Positions 1 through 11,062 of a stretch of 64,000 nt of DNA are shown piece after piece. The translations under genes and the position numbers were made by a program. The DNA comes from an uncultured Chloroflexia bacterium (GTDB taxonomy: Bacteria > Chloroflexota > Limnocylindria > Limnocylindrales > CSP1-4). Positions within the stretch are counted from its first letter, which is position 1; every line of letters begins with the position of its first letter. The notes under the pieces are model-generated. The model was not told the DNA's origin, ran no database searches, and worked only from the letters and a program-made list of their open reading frames with translations. The stretch lies in the NCBI GenBank assembly GCA_963734535.1, contig CAVTHS010000008.1:320001-384000 (forward strand). The letters run 5' to 3'.

Positions 1-2
1 CC

Positions 3-320
3 ACGCCGCCGCCGACGCTGCCGCCGTTCCAGACGAACTTCAACGTGGACCTGCTCTACGCGAACGCGATCTCACCGGGCCTGATGCAGGTGATCTTCAC
101 GACGCCGAGCGGTTCGACGCCCGCGCTCCAGTTCTGGGACTCGAGCTCGCCGACCGGCAAGCTCAGCCTCGCGCCGTCGGTCGAGCCGGCCCTCCTCAAC
201 GGGAAGCTGGTCCAGGTGGCCCAGTTCCCGATCTCGCAGGGCGGCACGTACGACTTCATCGCCTCGGCCGCCGGCACCGGCGTGAAGGCGCTCAGCCTGG
301 TGGGCACGATCGGGCAGTAG
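3..320 (+). CDS. C-terminal part of a hypothetical protein (Pro/Thr linker followed by a beta-rich domain), truncated by the window edge
   Basis: Frame open from base 3 (TPPPTLPPFQTNFNVDLLYAN...) to TAG at 318-320; GC-rich codon usage. Confidence 0.6.
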   Translation, partial: TPPPTLPPFQTNFNVDLLYANAISPGLMQVIFTTPSGSTPALQFWDSSSPTGKLSLAPSVEPALLNGKLVQVAQFPISQGGTYDFIASAAGTGVKALSLVGTIGQ

Positions 321-415
321 CCGCACACGCGATCGCGGCGGTGGTCGCGGCCACGCCGCGGCCGCGAGCGGTCGCGCGCCGTCCGCACCGCACGGCGCCG
401 CGCCGCCGTCCGGCG

Positions 416-3400
416 TCACCCGGCCGTGACGCCGCGCCTCCGCTCGAGCATGCCCTTCCCGCCGTCGACCAGCGAGTACACGACCGGCACGACGATCAGG
501 GTCAGGAACGTCGACGAGAAGAGGCCGCCGATCACGACCGTGCCGAGCTCCGCGGCGATGATCGAGCCCTGGTTGAAGCCCGCCGCGAGCGGGATCAGGG
601 CCAGGATCGTGGCGATCGCCGTCATGAGGATCGGCCGCACGCGGCGTCTTGCCGCCCTCGATGAGCGCGTCGGTCGTGGACAGCCCGCTTCGACGCAACC
701 GCTCCACGAGGTCGAGCAGGACGATCGCGTTCGTGACCACGATCCCGATCAGCATCAGGATCCCGATGAGCGCGCTCACGCCGATCGCCCGGCCCGTCAG
801 GAGCAGCGCCGGGAAGACGCCGATCGCCGCGAGCGGGAGGCTGAACATGATCACGAACGGGGTCACCAGGCTGTTGAACGCCAGGACCATCATCACGTAG
901 ACGAGCAGGACCGCGATCGCCATCGAGTTGAAGAGCCCGCCGAACGCCTGGCCCTGCTGCTGGGTGACGCCGGAGAACCGCACGTCGACGCCCGGCCGGG
1001 ATCGTGCCCGACGTCTTCAGCGCGTCGACTGCGACCTGCGCGGACCGCGAGACGCCGCCGGTGTCCTTGCTCGTGATGTCGGCCGTGATCGAGGCGGACG
1101 GCGCCTGGTCGATCCGGGTGATGCTGCCCTGCGTCGCCACCTCGGCCACGTCCGCCACGGAGCTCAGCGCAACCTTCGCGCCCGTTCCGACCGGGAGCGC
1201 CTGGAGCGCCTCCACGCTGGTGACGCGCGCCGGGTCGAGCCGGACGTAGAGGTCGATCGGGCCGCCGTCGGCGAGCTGGACGCGCGTGACGAGCGAGCCG
1301 ACGAGCGCCGAGCGCACCTGGCCCGCGATCTGCGCCGCGGTCAGGCCGGCATCGAGCGCCTTGTTCGGGTCGACCCGGATGTCGATCTGCGGCGTTGCCT
1401 TGACGAGGTCCGACTTCACGTTGGACCAGGTCCGGGTTGCTCCGGAGCGCCCCGATCACCGCGTCGGTGGCGGCGGCGACGGCCGTCGTGTCCTGCGCGC
1501 TGACGATGATCGAGAGGCCGTTCGAGGTGAAGCCGAACGCCTGGCCGACGGCGACGTCGAAGCCGTTGGTCTTCAGCGGCGCGAGGTCGGTCCCGACCTT
1601 CGTGGTGTAGGCGTCGAGGTCGACGTCGCTCGCGAGGCGCACCACCATCGTGGCGCTGTTGGCGGGTCGGCCGGAGAAGGCCGCCGAGAGCGTGGACGCC
1701 GCCCGTGTCCCCCTCGCCCGGCACTGTCGTCTCCACGAGCTGCACCTTCGGGTCGGCGCGCAGGATCGTCTCCGCCTTCGTCGCCGCGGCGAGGACCGAC
1801 TCCCCGGTGACCCCCGCCGGTGGGACGATGCTCACCTGGAGGACCTTCTCCGATCCGGTCGAGATGAACTGCGTCGGGAGGCGCCCCACGATCGAGACGG
1901 ACCCGAAGAAGAGGAGCGTCGCGAGCCCGAGGACGCCGAGCTTGGTCCGGCGGTCGCGCAGCACGAAACGGATCGTCGGCGCGTAGGCGCGCACCCAGAG
2001 CGAGTTCTTCGGCTCGCCGGTCTCGTCGACCGCGAGCTTCACGCGATCGATGAACAGGTAGGCGAGGATCGGGATGATCGTCAGCGCGCACACCAGCGAG
2101 GCGAGCAGCGCGAACGTCACGGTGAGCGCGAAGGGCAGGAAGAACTCGCTGACGATGCCGCCCACGAACCCGATCGGCAGGAAGACCGCCACGGTCGTGA
2201 GCGTCGAGCTGGTGATCGCGCCGGCCACCTCGCGCGGGCCGTTGAGGACGGCTGTCAGCCGGTCCTCGCCCAGCGCCCGGTGGCGGTAGATGTTCTCGAG
2301 GACGACGATCGCGTCGTCCACCACCCGCCCCACGGCGACGGCGAGACCACCCAGGGTCATGATGTTGAGCGTGATCCCCGTCACCTGCATGACCACGAGC
2401 GCGGTCAGCACGGAGAGCGGGATGCTCACGGCGGCCACGAGCGTCGAGCGGAGGCTGAACAGGAACAGGAAGATCGTGAGCACCGCGAACAGGGCGCCCA
2501 GGCCGCCTTCGCGGAGCAGGCCGTCCCGCGATTCCTTGATGAACGTCGAGAGGTCGGAGACGGTGACGACCGTGAGCTCCGGGTGGAGCGCACCGATCTC
2601 CTTCAGCTTCGCCTGCACCGCGTCGGCGACCTCGACCGTGTTGGCGTTCGCGTTCTTGCTCGACCGTGATCGTCAGCGACGGCTCGCCGTCCGTCCGCGC
2701 GTAGCCGGTCGTCGCGACCTGGGCAACGTCGACCGTGCCGATGTCGGCGATGCGGATCCGGATCGGGGCGGCGGGCGCGGCCGGGATTGCCGACTTCGCC
2801 GCCGCGACCAGGCCGAGGATGTCGGGGACGGTCGTGAAGCCGCCCGACGCCGATCCCGCTGCGGGGGCGCCGCTGCCCGCTCCCGCGGCGGGGGTCGCGC
2901 GCCGCACGCTCACGACGAGATTGCGGACCTGGTCGAGCGTGGTGAACGAGCCCGACGTGGAGACGGGGATCCGGCTTGTGCCGGTCGGGAGCTGGCCGGC
3001 CGGAAGGGTCAGGTTGTTGGCGGTGAGCACGCCCTGGACCTGGTCGATCGAGACGCCGGCGATCGCCATCCTGGTCGGGTCGAGCGTCACCATCAGGCGC
3101 GACGTGAGTCCGCCCGCGAGGTCGACCGACGCGACGCCGTCGAGCGCCTGGAGATCGGGCACGACCTCGGCCGCGGCCACCTTGGCGGCCGCCCGTCTGG
3201 CCGTCCGCGCCGGTACCGAAGATCGAGGCGATGATGACCGGCGATGCGTTGATGTCCAGGGAGTTGACCTGCGGCGTGACGTTCGCGGGCAGCTTCAGCG
3301 CCGTGATGTTCTGGACGATGGCCGCCTTCGTGTCCTTGACGTTCGTCCCGTAGGAGAACTGGGCGACCACGAGGGCGATCGAGTTGGCCGAGGTCGACTG

Positions 3401-3643
3401 GACCCGCTCGAGGCGCGGGATCCCGGAGATCGCTCGTTCGATCGGCTTCGCGATCTGGTCGGCGACGTCGGAGGCGCCTGCCCCCGGGTCCGCCGCGACC
3501 ACCGTGATCACGGGCAGCTCGATGTCCGGGAGCAGCTCCTGCTTGAGGCTGCCCCACGCGGAGATGCCGGCGATGAACAGGGCGATGGCGAGCAGGAGCG
3601 CGACGCTCCGCTTGCTGACGGCAAGCTCGCTGAGTCGACTCAC
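416..3643 (-). CDS. RND efflux permease (AcrB/SwrC-like), split by about 6 frameshifts
   Basis: Consecutive ORF pieces give the N-terminal LKQELLPDIELPVITV, GRVVDDAIVVLENI (TM4), GIVVTNAIVLLD (TM10) and RPILMTAIAT (TM11); breaks near 3190, 2660, 1700, 1425, 990 and 645. Confidence 0.9.
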
Positions 3644-4158
3644 GAGTGGTCTCCCGGAAGCGTGGAACCGTGTGGTTGGCGAGAACCGGCTTGGACACCG
3701 GTGATCGGGAACTCGTCGTCCGCGGCGGCTGCCAGCAGGCGCGTGGCGCGCTCGACGACGTCGAGCTCGGCGTCCTCGAGGCGGGCGAGAAGCCGCCGCA
3801 TCTGGGCCGCGTTGAGCTCGCGGAAGCGCTCGAGGTGGCCGCTCCCGGTGGCGGTGATCGTGACCACCACCTGGCGCCGGTCGGCGGGGTCGTCGTGCCT
3901 GGCGAGAAGCCCGTGGTCGACCAGCCGATCGACGAGCCCGCTCATCGTGGAGATCGACACCCCGAGGTGGACGGCGAGCTCCGACATCCGCATCCCCTGC
4001 CCCGCGGCGACCAGGTACATCACCTTGGCCTGGGACATCGTCACCCCGACCTCCATCAGGTCCGGCGCATGCGATGACGCGATGCGATGCATGAGCAGCT
4101 CGTAGGACACGATGACGCGATCGATCCGCGCGCCGCGGCCGGCGTCGTCGGACGGCAT
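3640..4158 (-). CDS. MarR-family transcriptional regulator
   Basis: Winged helix with SELAVHLGVSISTMSGLVDRLVDHGLLAR..DPADRR; GGAGGG RBS upstream; stop overlaps the RND start. Confidence 0.9.
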   Translation of the reverse strand: MPSDDAGRGARIDRVIVSYELLMHRIASSHAPDLMEVGVTMSQAKVMYLVAAGQGMRMSELAVHLGVSISTMSGLVDRLVDHGLLARHDDPADRRQVVVTITATGSGHLERFRELNAAQMRRLLARLEDAELDVVERATRLLAAAADDEFPITGVQAGSRQPHGSTLPGDHS

Positions 4159-4299
4159 GGTTGCGTGGGTTCCCTCCGTGATCGTTGGCATCGTGCAAAC
4201 TATATCGAAGATGCGAAGGAATTGGATTGGTCCGTTCGCGTGGGCGCGAACCCGGTTCGCGGCGTCGAGTCGCGCCCGGCGACCGGCTACGATCCGCCG

Positions 4300-5670
4300 G
4301 TGACGCAGAACCCCGCCCCAACCCGGTCCGCACAGACGGCGCCGCCCGTGCTCGCGGCTCCGGCACCCGTCGCCGCACCGGCCGGGTCCGGCGTCGAGAT
4401 CCCGCGAACGATCCCGGCCGCGGTCGCGCGGCGCTTTCTCGCCCTCCGCCACCTGCTCGCACCGCCGCGGGCGTTGCCCGCCGGCGAGCAGAGCGTCATG
4501 GACGTGGTCGAACGCCTCGGCTCGCTCCAGTTCGACCCGCTCGAGATCGCCGGTCGAAACCACGACCTGGTGCTCCAGGCGCGGATTGCCGGCTATCGCC
4601 GCGAGATCACGGACACGCTCCTGTACGAGCGGCGGCTCCTGTTCGAGGCGTACAACAAGGGCCTGAGCATCCTGCCGACCGCGGAGCTGCCGCTCTACCG
4701 GCTGACCTGGGATCACGCACGCATCCGGCACGACGGCGCCGCCTTCGACGAGCACGCGCCGCTCGTGGAGGAGCTGCTGGCCCGAATCCGCCGGGACGGT
4801 CGCCTGTCGTCCACGGACATCGAGTCGCGCGCCGCGATCGACTGGTACTGGCGCCCCACGAATCCGGTCCGCGCGATCCTCGAAGCGCTCGCCGAGGCGG
4901 GAATCCTGGCAATCGCTCGCCGGGACGGCAACCGGCGCAGCTACGACCTGGCCGAGCGCCTCTTCCCGGTCGATCTCCTCGCGGAGCGCCCATCCGTCCG
5001 CGAGCAGGCCCGGCACCGGCTGCTCTCGCGGTATCGGGCGAACGGCCTGCTCGGCGCCGCCGGCCAGGCCGAGCTCTGGATCGGCACGGGCCGTGCCGCA
5101 CCCGACCCCGCCCGGCCCGACCTCCCCACGCGAACCGAGCTCCGGGCGGAGCTCCTGGCCGATGGGTCGCTCACCGCGGTCAGCGTGGAGGGGCTGCGCG
5201 GCCCGCGCCTCATCGTCGCGTCCGACGTCGCGTGGCTCGGCCGGGCGATCGACGAGGTGGCTGCCGGTGCCCCTCCCGGCGGCGCGGCGCCTGCCGTGAG
5301 CTTCCTCGCGCCCCTCGACCCGTTCTGCTGGGATCGCGACCTCCTGCGAGGGCTGTTCGGCTTCGACTATGTCTGGGAGGTCTACGTCCCGCAGGCGAAG
5401 CGGCGCTGGGGTTATTACGTCCTGCCGATCCTGTTCGGCGATCGGCTCGTGGGCCGGATCGAGCCGCGCTTCGACCGTGCGGCCCGGGCGGTCCGCCTTC
5501 TCGGCACCTGGTGGGAGGCGGGCTTCGATCCGCTCGCGACCGAGGGATTCGTGCCGGCGTTCACCGCCGCGCTGGACGCCTACCGGGCCTTCGGACGGGC
5601 GACCCGCGTCACCTTTCCGCGCGATCGGGCGAACCGGGCGCTCGCCGGCGCGGTGGCCCGGGCCGGTTGA
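4300..5670 (+). CDS. ycaQ: YcaQ-like (HTH_42) DNA interstrand-crosslink glycosylase
   Basis: LQFDPL (Q-phi-D motif), FLAPLDPFCWDR, LFGFDYVWEVYVPQAKRRWGYYVLPILFGDRLVGRIEP; TACGAT -10 lies 6 nt before the GTG. Confidence 0.85.
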   Translation: MTQNPAPTRSAQTAPPVLAAPAPVAAPAGSGVEIPRTIPAAVARRFLALRHLLAPPRALPAGEQSVMDVVERLGSLQFDPLEIAGRNHDLVLQARIAGYRREITDTLLYERRLLFEAYNKGLSILPTAELPLYRLTWDHARIRHDGAAFDEHAPLVEELLARIRRDGRLSSTDIESRAAIDWYWRPTNPVRAILEALAEAGILAIARRDGNRRSYDLAERLFPVDLLAERPSVREQARHRLLSRYRANGLLGAAGQAELWIGTGRAAPDPARPDLPTRTELRAELLADGSLTAVSVEGLRGPRLIVASDVAWLGRAIDEVAAGAPPGGAAPAVSFLAPLDPFCWDRDLLRGLFGFDYVWEVYVPQAKRRWGYYVLPILFGDRLVGRIEPRFDRAARAVRLLGTWWEAGFDPLATEGFVPAFTAALDAYRAFGRATRVTFPRDRANRALAGAVARAG

Positions 5671-5673
5671 GGA

Positions 5674-6573
5674 TCAGGCCGAGACGCTGACGGGCGACGA
5701 CCAGGTCCCGACGTTGCCCGCCCGGTCGCGTGCCCGGACGCGGATGGCAATGCGGTGGCCGACCGCCACGGAGCTCGACCACGAGTGAGTCGTGGTCGAG
5801 GTTCGGACGAAGGCCCAGGCGCCGCCGTCAACCCGGCGCTGAACGTCGAACGAGCGGAGCCCGGCGGTGAGCGCGGCCAGCGGCCGGTCGTCGCCGACCC
5901 AGCTCCAGGTCACCTGGAGTGCCTGGTGCAGCCCTGCGAGCGTGATCAGCGAGCCCCTCGCCGGCGCGCTCATCTTCGCCCACGGCGGCGTGCGGTCCGG
6001 GCCCCGGAGGAAGATCGCGGTCCAGTAGCGGTCGCCGGTGGCGGTGATGCCCAGGCCGAGGCCGAAGTAGTTGAAGGTGCTGGAGCGGATGATCGCTATG
6101 TGTTCGGGTGACGTCATCCAGCCCTGGTTGACGACACGCATGGAGTCGCCGAGCGTCGGGTAGTTGTTCCAGCCGATCGTCTCGCCAAGTCCATACCAGC
6201 GGATGCCGTTCGCCGTGATCAGGTCGACCATCGTCCGTCCGTCCGACTGGACGTGGCTGAGCTGGCCGGTCGCGGCCATCGAGGCGGAGCGTTCGTGCGC
6301 GATGGCGGAGAGCCGGGCGTCGAGGCGGAGGGCCGGGAGTCCCACGGCCGCGCGATCCGCGTTGATCATGGCCACCAGGGCCATCTCGGCGGTGGCCGGG
6401 CTCATGTCGGCGGCCTCGGCGGTCATCAAGATCGAACTCGTCGCAGCACGCACCGAGGGCGCGGCGATGCCGGCCGGCGCAACCAACGCCCCGAGGGCGA
6501 TGACGAAAGCGAGGGCGAGCGGCGCACGAACAGCCCGGGGTTGGGCCGACCGCGTAAAGCGATTGCAGCGCAA
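5674..6573 (-). CDS. Secreted CAP/SCP-domain protein with C-terminal FN3-like domain (start uncertain)
   Basis: Signal peptide; MINADRAAVGLPAL, GETIG, WMTSPEHIAII; C-terminal RVRARDRAGNVGTWS. Confidence 0.8.
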   Translation of the reverse strand: MRCNRFTRSAQPRAVRAPLALAFVIALGALVAPAGIAAPSVRAATSSILMTAEAADMSPATAEMALVAMINADRAAVGLPALRLDARLSAIAHERSASMAATGQLSHVQSDGRTMVDLITANGIRWYGLGETIGWNNYPTLGDSMRVVNQGWMTSPEHIAIIRSSTFNYFGLGLGITATGDRYWTAIFLRGPDRTPPWAKMSAPARGSLITLAGLHQALQVTWSWVGDDRPLAALTAGLRSFDVQRRVDGGAWAFVRTSTTTHSWSSSVAVGHRIAIRVRARDRAGNVGTWSSPVSVSA

Positions 6574-6700
6574 GGCGCAATGGTACGCCGGACTCCCTGG
6601 TGTCGTGGCCCCGACAGCGCAACTCGTGTCCACGGACGCCCGGGTGACGCCTGTGGGACGATCATCGCGCGACGAAACCCAACCCCACGCGGAGGACCCG

Positions 6701-7145
6701 ATGGCAGCAGTACGACGCGCAGAAGCCTCCTGGACCGGCTCCCTCGCCGAGGGGAGCGGCATGATCAACTACGTGACGAGCGGCTCGATCACGCGGCTAC
6801 CGGTGACATGGGCCTCGCGAACGGAAGAGCCCAATGGACGGACCAGCCCGGAGGAGCTGGTCGCGGCCGCCCATGCAAGCTGCTTCGCGATGGCGTTCTC
6901 CGGGGGCCTCGGCCGCAATGGGACCCCGCCGACATCGCTCGCGGTCAGCGCAACCGTCACGTTCGACAAGCTGGAGGCCGGCTGGCGGATCGTCTCGTCC
7001 GCCCTCACGGTCCGGGGCGTCGTCCCGGGGATCGACGCCGCCACGTTCACGACGCTCGCCGAGGCGGCCAAAGACGGCTGCCCGATCTCCGTCGATGATG
7101 CAAGGGAACGTCGCGCTCTCGGTCGAGGCGACGCTGGAGGGCTGA
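6701..7145 (+). CDS. osmC: OsmC-family peroxiredoxin (frameshift near 7093)
   Basis: TSPEELVAAAHASCFAMA and AKDGCPIS two-Cys motifs; GGAGG RBS; C-terminus (GNVALSVEATLEG) in another frame. Confidence 0.9.
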
Positions 7146-7184
7146 TCGCCCGATCGGGTCAATGGGCCGCTGCGACGGGCCGGA

Positions 7185-8127
7185 TCAGCCGATCGTCAGG
7201 AGGCGGCGCGGGTTCGTCTCGGTCATCTGCCGGATCTCCGTCTCGCCGACCCCCGCAGCGCGCAGGTGCGGCAGGAACGTCTCCTGGACGGTACGTGTAG
7301 CCGTTCCCCCCGTAGTGGCGGAGCTGCTCGTTGTGGCAGACGTCCTGCGAGAGCAGGACGCGGTCGGCCCTGCCGCGGCCGAGCAGGTCGAGCAGGAGCG
7401 GGATGAGCCGCGGCTCGGCGAGGCGCTCCTGGGGCGTGAACAACATGCCCAGGAAGTCGAGCTCGATGTTTGCGCCGCGCTCCAGGATCGCCAGCCAGTA
7501 GTCGAGCCGCGGGTGGGAGTCGGCGTGGCCGATCACCACGCGGCCCGGGTCGACGCCCGCCTCCTCGAGGACGCGCAGCTGGGCGAGGCCCACGTCGCTC
7601 ATCACGGCATGCGTCATCACCGCCAGACCCGTCGCCTGCGATGCGCGCCCGACGGCGCGAAACACGCGCTCCTCCTGGGCCGACAGCCATGGCTTGTCCG
7701 ACCCGATCTCGCCGATGATCCCGGGCCGGACGTCCGTCCCCTCGGCCCCACCGAGGATCTCGTCCACGAGGATGTCGGACAGCTCCGCGACGGAACGGCG
7801 GTCGACGAGCGCATCCGGCGGGTAGTACGCGCCGCGGTACCACCCGCACCCCATCACCAGGTGGAGTCCCGAGGCTTCGGCCAGCCTGCGGAGTCGCAGC
7901 GGGTCGCGCCCGATCGCGGCGAGCGTGACGTCCACGAGGCACGTCCCGCCGAGCTCACCGAACCGGGCGAGCTCCGGCAGGATGAGGTCGTCCTCGCCGG
8001 TCAGCTCCCAGTAGTCCCAGCGGCCGGGTATCTGCCAGAGCACGCAGCGGGTGTGCTCGTGCGGAAGCGTGAATCCGAGCGCGTCCGGCGGGACCGGGCC
8101 CAGGACGGTCTGGACGTGCGGCGTCAT
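7185..8127 (-). CDS. Phosphotriesterase-homology protein (PHP/PTE amidohydrolase; frameshift near 7290)
   Basis: VQTVLGPV, TLPHEH, IIGEIG, MTHA, IGHAD, LLSQDVC; the shifted frame ends QMTETNPRRLLTIG. Confidence 0.88.
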
Positions 8128-8298
8128 CGGCCGATCATAGGCGTGTCACGCGCGCTCCAGCGTGGTTGCGCGCTCCGCGTTGTCCAGCCGGCACATTCGG
8201 CCTATAGTCCGGCGCAGCCACGGGGTGGAGGGGCTCGCGGCCGACAGAGGCTACATGGCTGCCCAAGGCGGGTTGCCCTCGTGGAGGAGGAGGTCGCA

Positions 8299-9251
8299 AT
8301 GCAGACGAAGCGCCAATTCGTGGCGCTCCTGGCCGTGTTCGGGCTCGCGCTCGGCGCGTGCTCGAGCGGTGCCAGCCCAACGCCGGCTCCGAGCGCGGCG
8401 CCGTCGGTGGCGCCCTCGACCGCGGCAAGCGCCGCCGCAAGCACTGCGCCGAGCGCGGCGCCGAGCGTCGCCGCCACCGTCGATCCGAGCTCGCTCCTCG
8501 GCAAGGTCCTGGCAAAGGGCACCATCGTGATGTCGACGGACCCGCAGTACCCGCCCCAGTCGTCCCTGAAGTCCGACGGGACGTACGAGGGCTTCGACAT
8601 CGACGTCGGGACGGAGATCGCAAAGCGGCTCGGCGTCAAGATCCGTTCCAGACTCCAGACTGGAACATCATCACCGCCGGCTCCTGGTCCGGGCGCTGGG
8701 ACTTCAGCGTCGGCTCCATGACGATCACGACGCCGCGCGAGAAGGTTCTTGCCTTCAGCAAGCCGTACTACTACACCCCGGCCCAGATCGCCGCGTCCAA
8801 GGTCTCGGGCATCACGACGCTCGATGGGTTCGCCGGCAAGACGATCTGCGTCGGCGAGGCGACGACCTACTTCGACTGGATGAGCGGGACGCTCGACCTG
8901 GGGTCGTACACCCCGCCGACGAAGCCGCCCACCGGTTCGAAGGTCACCACGCTCTCCACGGACCGGCTCTGCGCCGAGGCGTGGAAGGCCGGCCGCAAGG
9001 ACTTCGAGGGCTGGCTCAGCTCCTCGACGACGGTCGACCAGGCGGTCAAGGACGGCCTGCCGCTCGTGAAGGTCGGCGACCCCGTCTACTACGAGCCGCT
9101 CGGCGTCGCGTTCGACAAGAGCGGGCCCGATCCGACGGGCATGGTCGCCAAGGTCAACGAGATCCTCGACGCCATGCGGGCGGACGGGACCCTCACGGGC
9201 TTCGCCACCAAGTGGTTCGGCATCGACCTGTCCGTCGCGCCGGGCGCCTGA
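8299..9251 (+). CDS. Polar amino-acid ABC transporter substrate-binding lipoprotein (frameshift near 8643)
   Basis: Lipobox LGAC, TDPQYPPQS, GFDIDVGTEIAKRLGV, GSMTITTPRE, FSKPYYY; GGAGGAGG RBS; TATAGT at 8202. Confidence 0.9.
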
Positions 9252-9266
9252 CCACCACGCGCCGAT

Positions 9267-9300
9267 TCGACGGGGCGCCCGATGCCGGGCGCCCCGTCGA
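9267..9300 (+). terminator. 15-bp stem-loop between the binding-protein and permease genes (attenuator or mRNA stabiliser)
   Basis: TCGACGGGGCGCCCG-atgc-CGGGCGCCCCGTCGA perfect inverted repeat. Confidence 0.6.
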
Positions 9301-9332
9301 CGTTTCCGGGACCGAACGGGAGGGAGGACCAG

Positions 9333-10193
9333 GTGAGCAGGGCATCGACCAGCGCGCTTGCGCCTCCGGGGACGCGGCCCCGGCTCGAGCCCCGAACGCG
9401 ATCGTGGCAGCAGATCGCCGCCCAGCGGCGGCGCCAGACGCGCCGGTTCCGGATCACGTTCGTCCTGACGTGGATCGTCCTCGTCGGGGGCTCGTCGGCT
9501 TCCTCGTTCGCCGGCGGGAAGATCGACTTCGGCGTTCCTGTCCAAGTGGGGCGGGTACATCCTCGGGCGGCGTCCAGACCACGATCGTCGTGGCCGTCTG
9601 CTCCATCATCTTCGCGATCTGCTTCGCGGTCGTCGGCGCGCTCGGTCGGCTGAGCTCCAACGCCGTCCTGTTCGCGGTCTCCACCCTCTACGTCTCGCTC
9701 GTCCGCGGCACGCCGCTCCTGGTGCAGATCCTGTTCATCTACCTCGCGCTGCCGCAGGTCATCCCGGCGGTCGCGGAGGTCCCCGGGATCGTGCTGGGCA
9801 TGTTCGCGCTCTCGTTCAACTACGGCGCGTACATGACCGAGATGTTCCGGGCGGGCATCCAGGCCGTGCCGCGCGGCCAGACCGAGGCCGCCCAGGCGCT
9901 CGGCATGCCCGGTCGGACACGGATGCGCCGGATCATCCTGCCCCAGGCCGTCCGGATCATCACCCCGGCGATCGGCAACGACTTCATCTCGATGATCAAG
10001 GACTCGTCGCTCGTGTCGATCATCGCCGTTCCCGGAGCTCCTCTGGCGGGCCCAGCGTGTCGGCCAGTCGAACTTCCGGACGCTCGAGACGCTGATGGTG
10101 GCGGCTGCCGTCTACTGGGGCCTGACGATCGTGCTGTCGCTCTTCCAGGATCGCCTGGAGAAGCGGATGGCCGAGAGCGACCGGCGAATCTGA
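9333..10193 (+). CDS. Amino-acid ABC transporter permease (frameshifted)
   Basis: YVSLVRGTPLLVQI, YMTEMFRAGIQAVPRGQTEAAQALGM (EAA loop), IKDSSL. Confidence 0.88.
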
Positions 10194-10203
10194 GGAGGCC
10201 ACG

Positions 10204-11049
10204 ATGTCCGGCTCGAGCCGCACCCCACTCGCACACGACGTGAGCGACCCCTTCGCCGCCCCGGGTGCGCTGACGCCGTCGAACACGGGGCCGATCGTGC
10301 GCCTTCTCGAGATCGAGAAGTACTTCGGCTCCAACCACGTCCTGCGCGGCTGCACGATGGAGGTCTACCCGAGCGAGACGATCTGCCTCATCGGGCGGTC
10401 GGGATCCGGGAAGAGCACGCTGCTGCGCTGCGCGAACTTCCTGGAGGAGCCGACCGCGGGCGCCGTCGAGATCGACGGCGTGCGCGTGGACGCGGATCCG
10501 CTCCACGCGCGGTCCGGCACACACCGCGAGCAGATCCGGCAGATCCGGATGCGCGCCCAGATGGTCTTCCAGGAGTTCAACCTCTTCCCGCACATGAAGG
10601 TGATCGACAACCTGATCGAGGCGCCCGTCCGGGTGAAGGGCGTCCCGCGCGACCAGGCCATCGCGACGGCGGAGAAGTTCCTCGACAAGGTGGGCCTCTC
10701 GGAGAAGCGCGACGAGTATCCCGCCCGCCTCTCGGGCGGCCAGAAGCAGCGCGTGGCGATCGCCCGCGCGCTGACGATGGAGCCCAAGGTGCTCCTGTTC
10801 GACGAGCCGACCTCCGCGCTCGACCCGGAGCTGGTCGGCGAGGTCCTCGTCGTCATGTCGGAGCTGGCCCACGAGGGTGCCACGATGATCGTGGTCACCC
10901 ACGAGATGCAGTTCGCGCGCGAGGCGGCCGACCGCGTCTACTACATCGACGCGGGCGCCTTCGTGGAGGTCGGGCCGCCCGAGCAGGTGATCGACAAGCC
11001 GCAGGACCCGCGCACGGCCAAGTTCCTCGCGCGCCTGCTCATCAAGTAG
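10204..11049 (+). CDS. Amino-acid ABC transporter ATP-binding protein (GlnQ family)
   Basis: GRSGSGKST, LSGGQKQRVAIARAL, LLFDEPTSALDPE. Confidence 0.95.
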   Translation: MSGSSRTPLAHDVSDPFAAPGALTPSNTGPIVRLLEIEKYFGSNHVLRGCTMEVYPSETICLIGRSGSGKSTLLRCANFLEEPTAGAVEIDGVRVDADPLHARSGTHREQIRQIRMRAQMVFQEFNLFPHMKVIDNLIEAPVRVKGVPRDQAIATAEKFLDKVGLSEKRDEYPARLSGGQKQRVAIARALTMEPKVLLFDEPTSALDPELVGEVLVVMSELAHEGATMIVVTHEMQFAREAADRVYYIDAGAFVEVGPPEQVIDKPQDPRTAKFLARLLIK

Positions 11050-11062
11050 TCTTCGAGGCACC

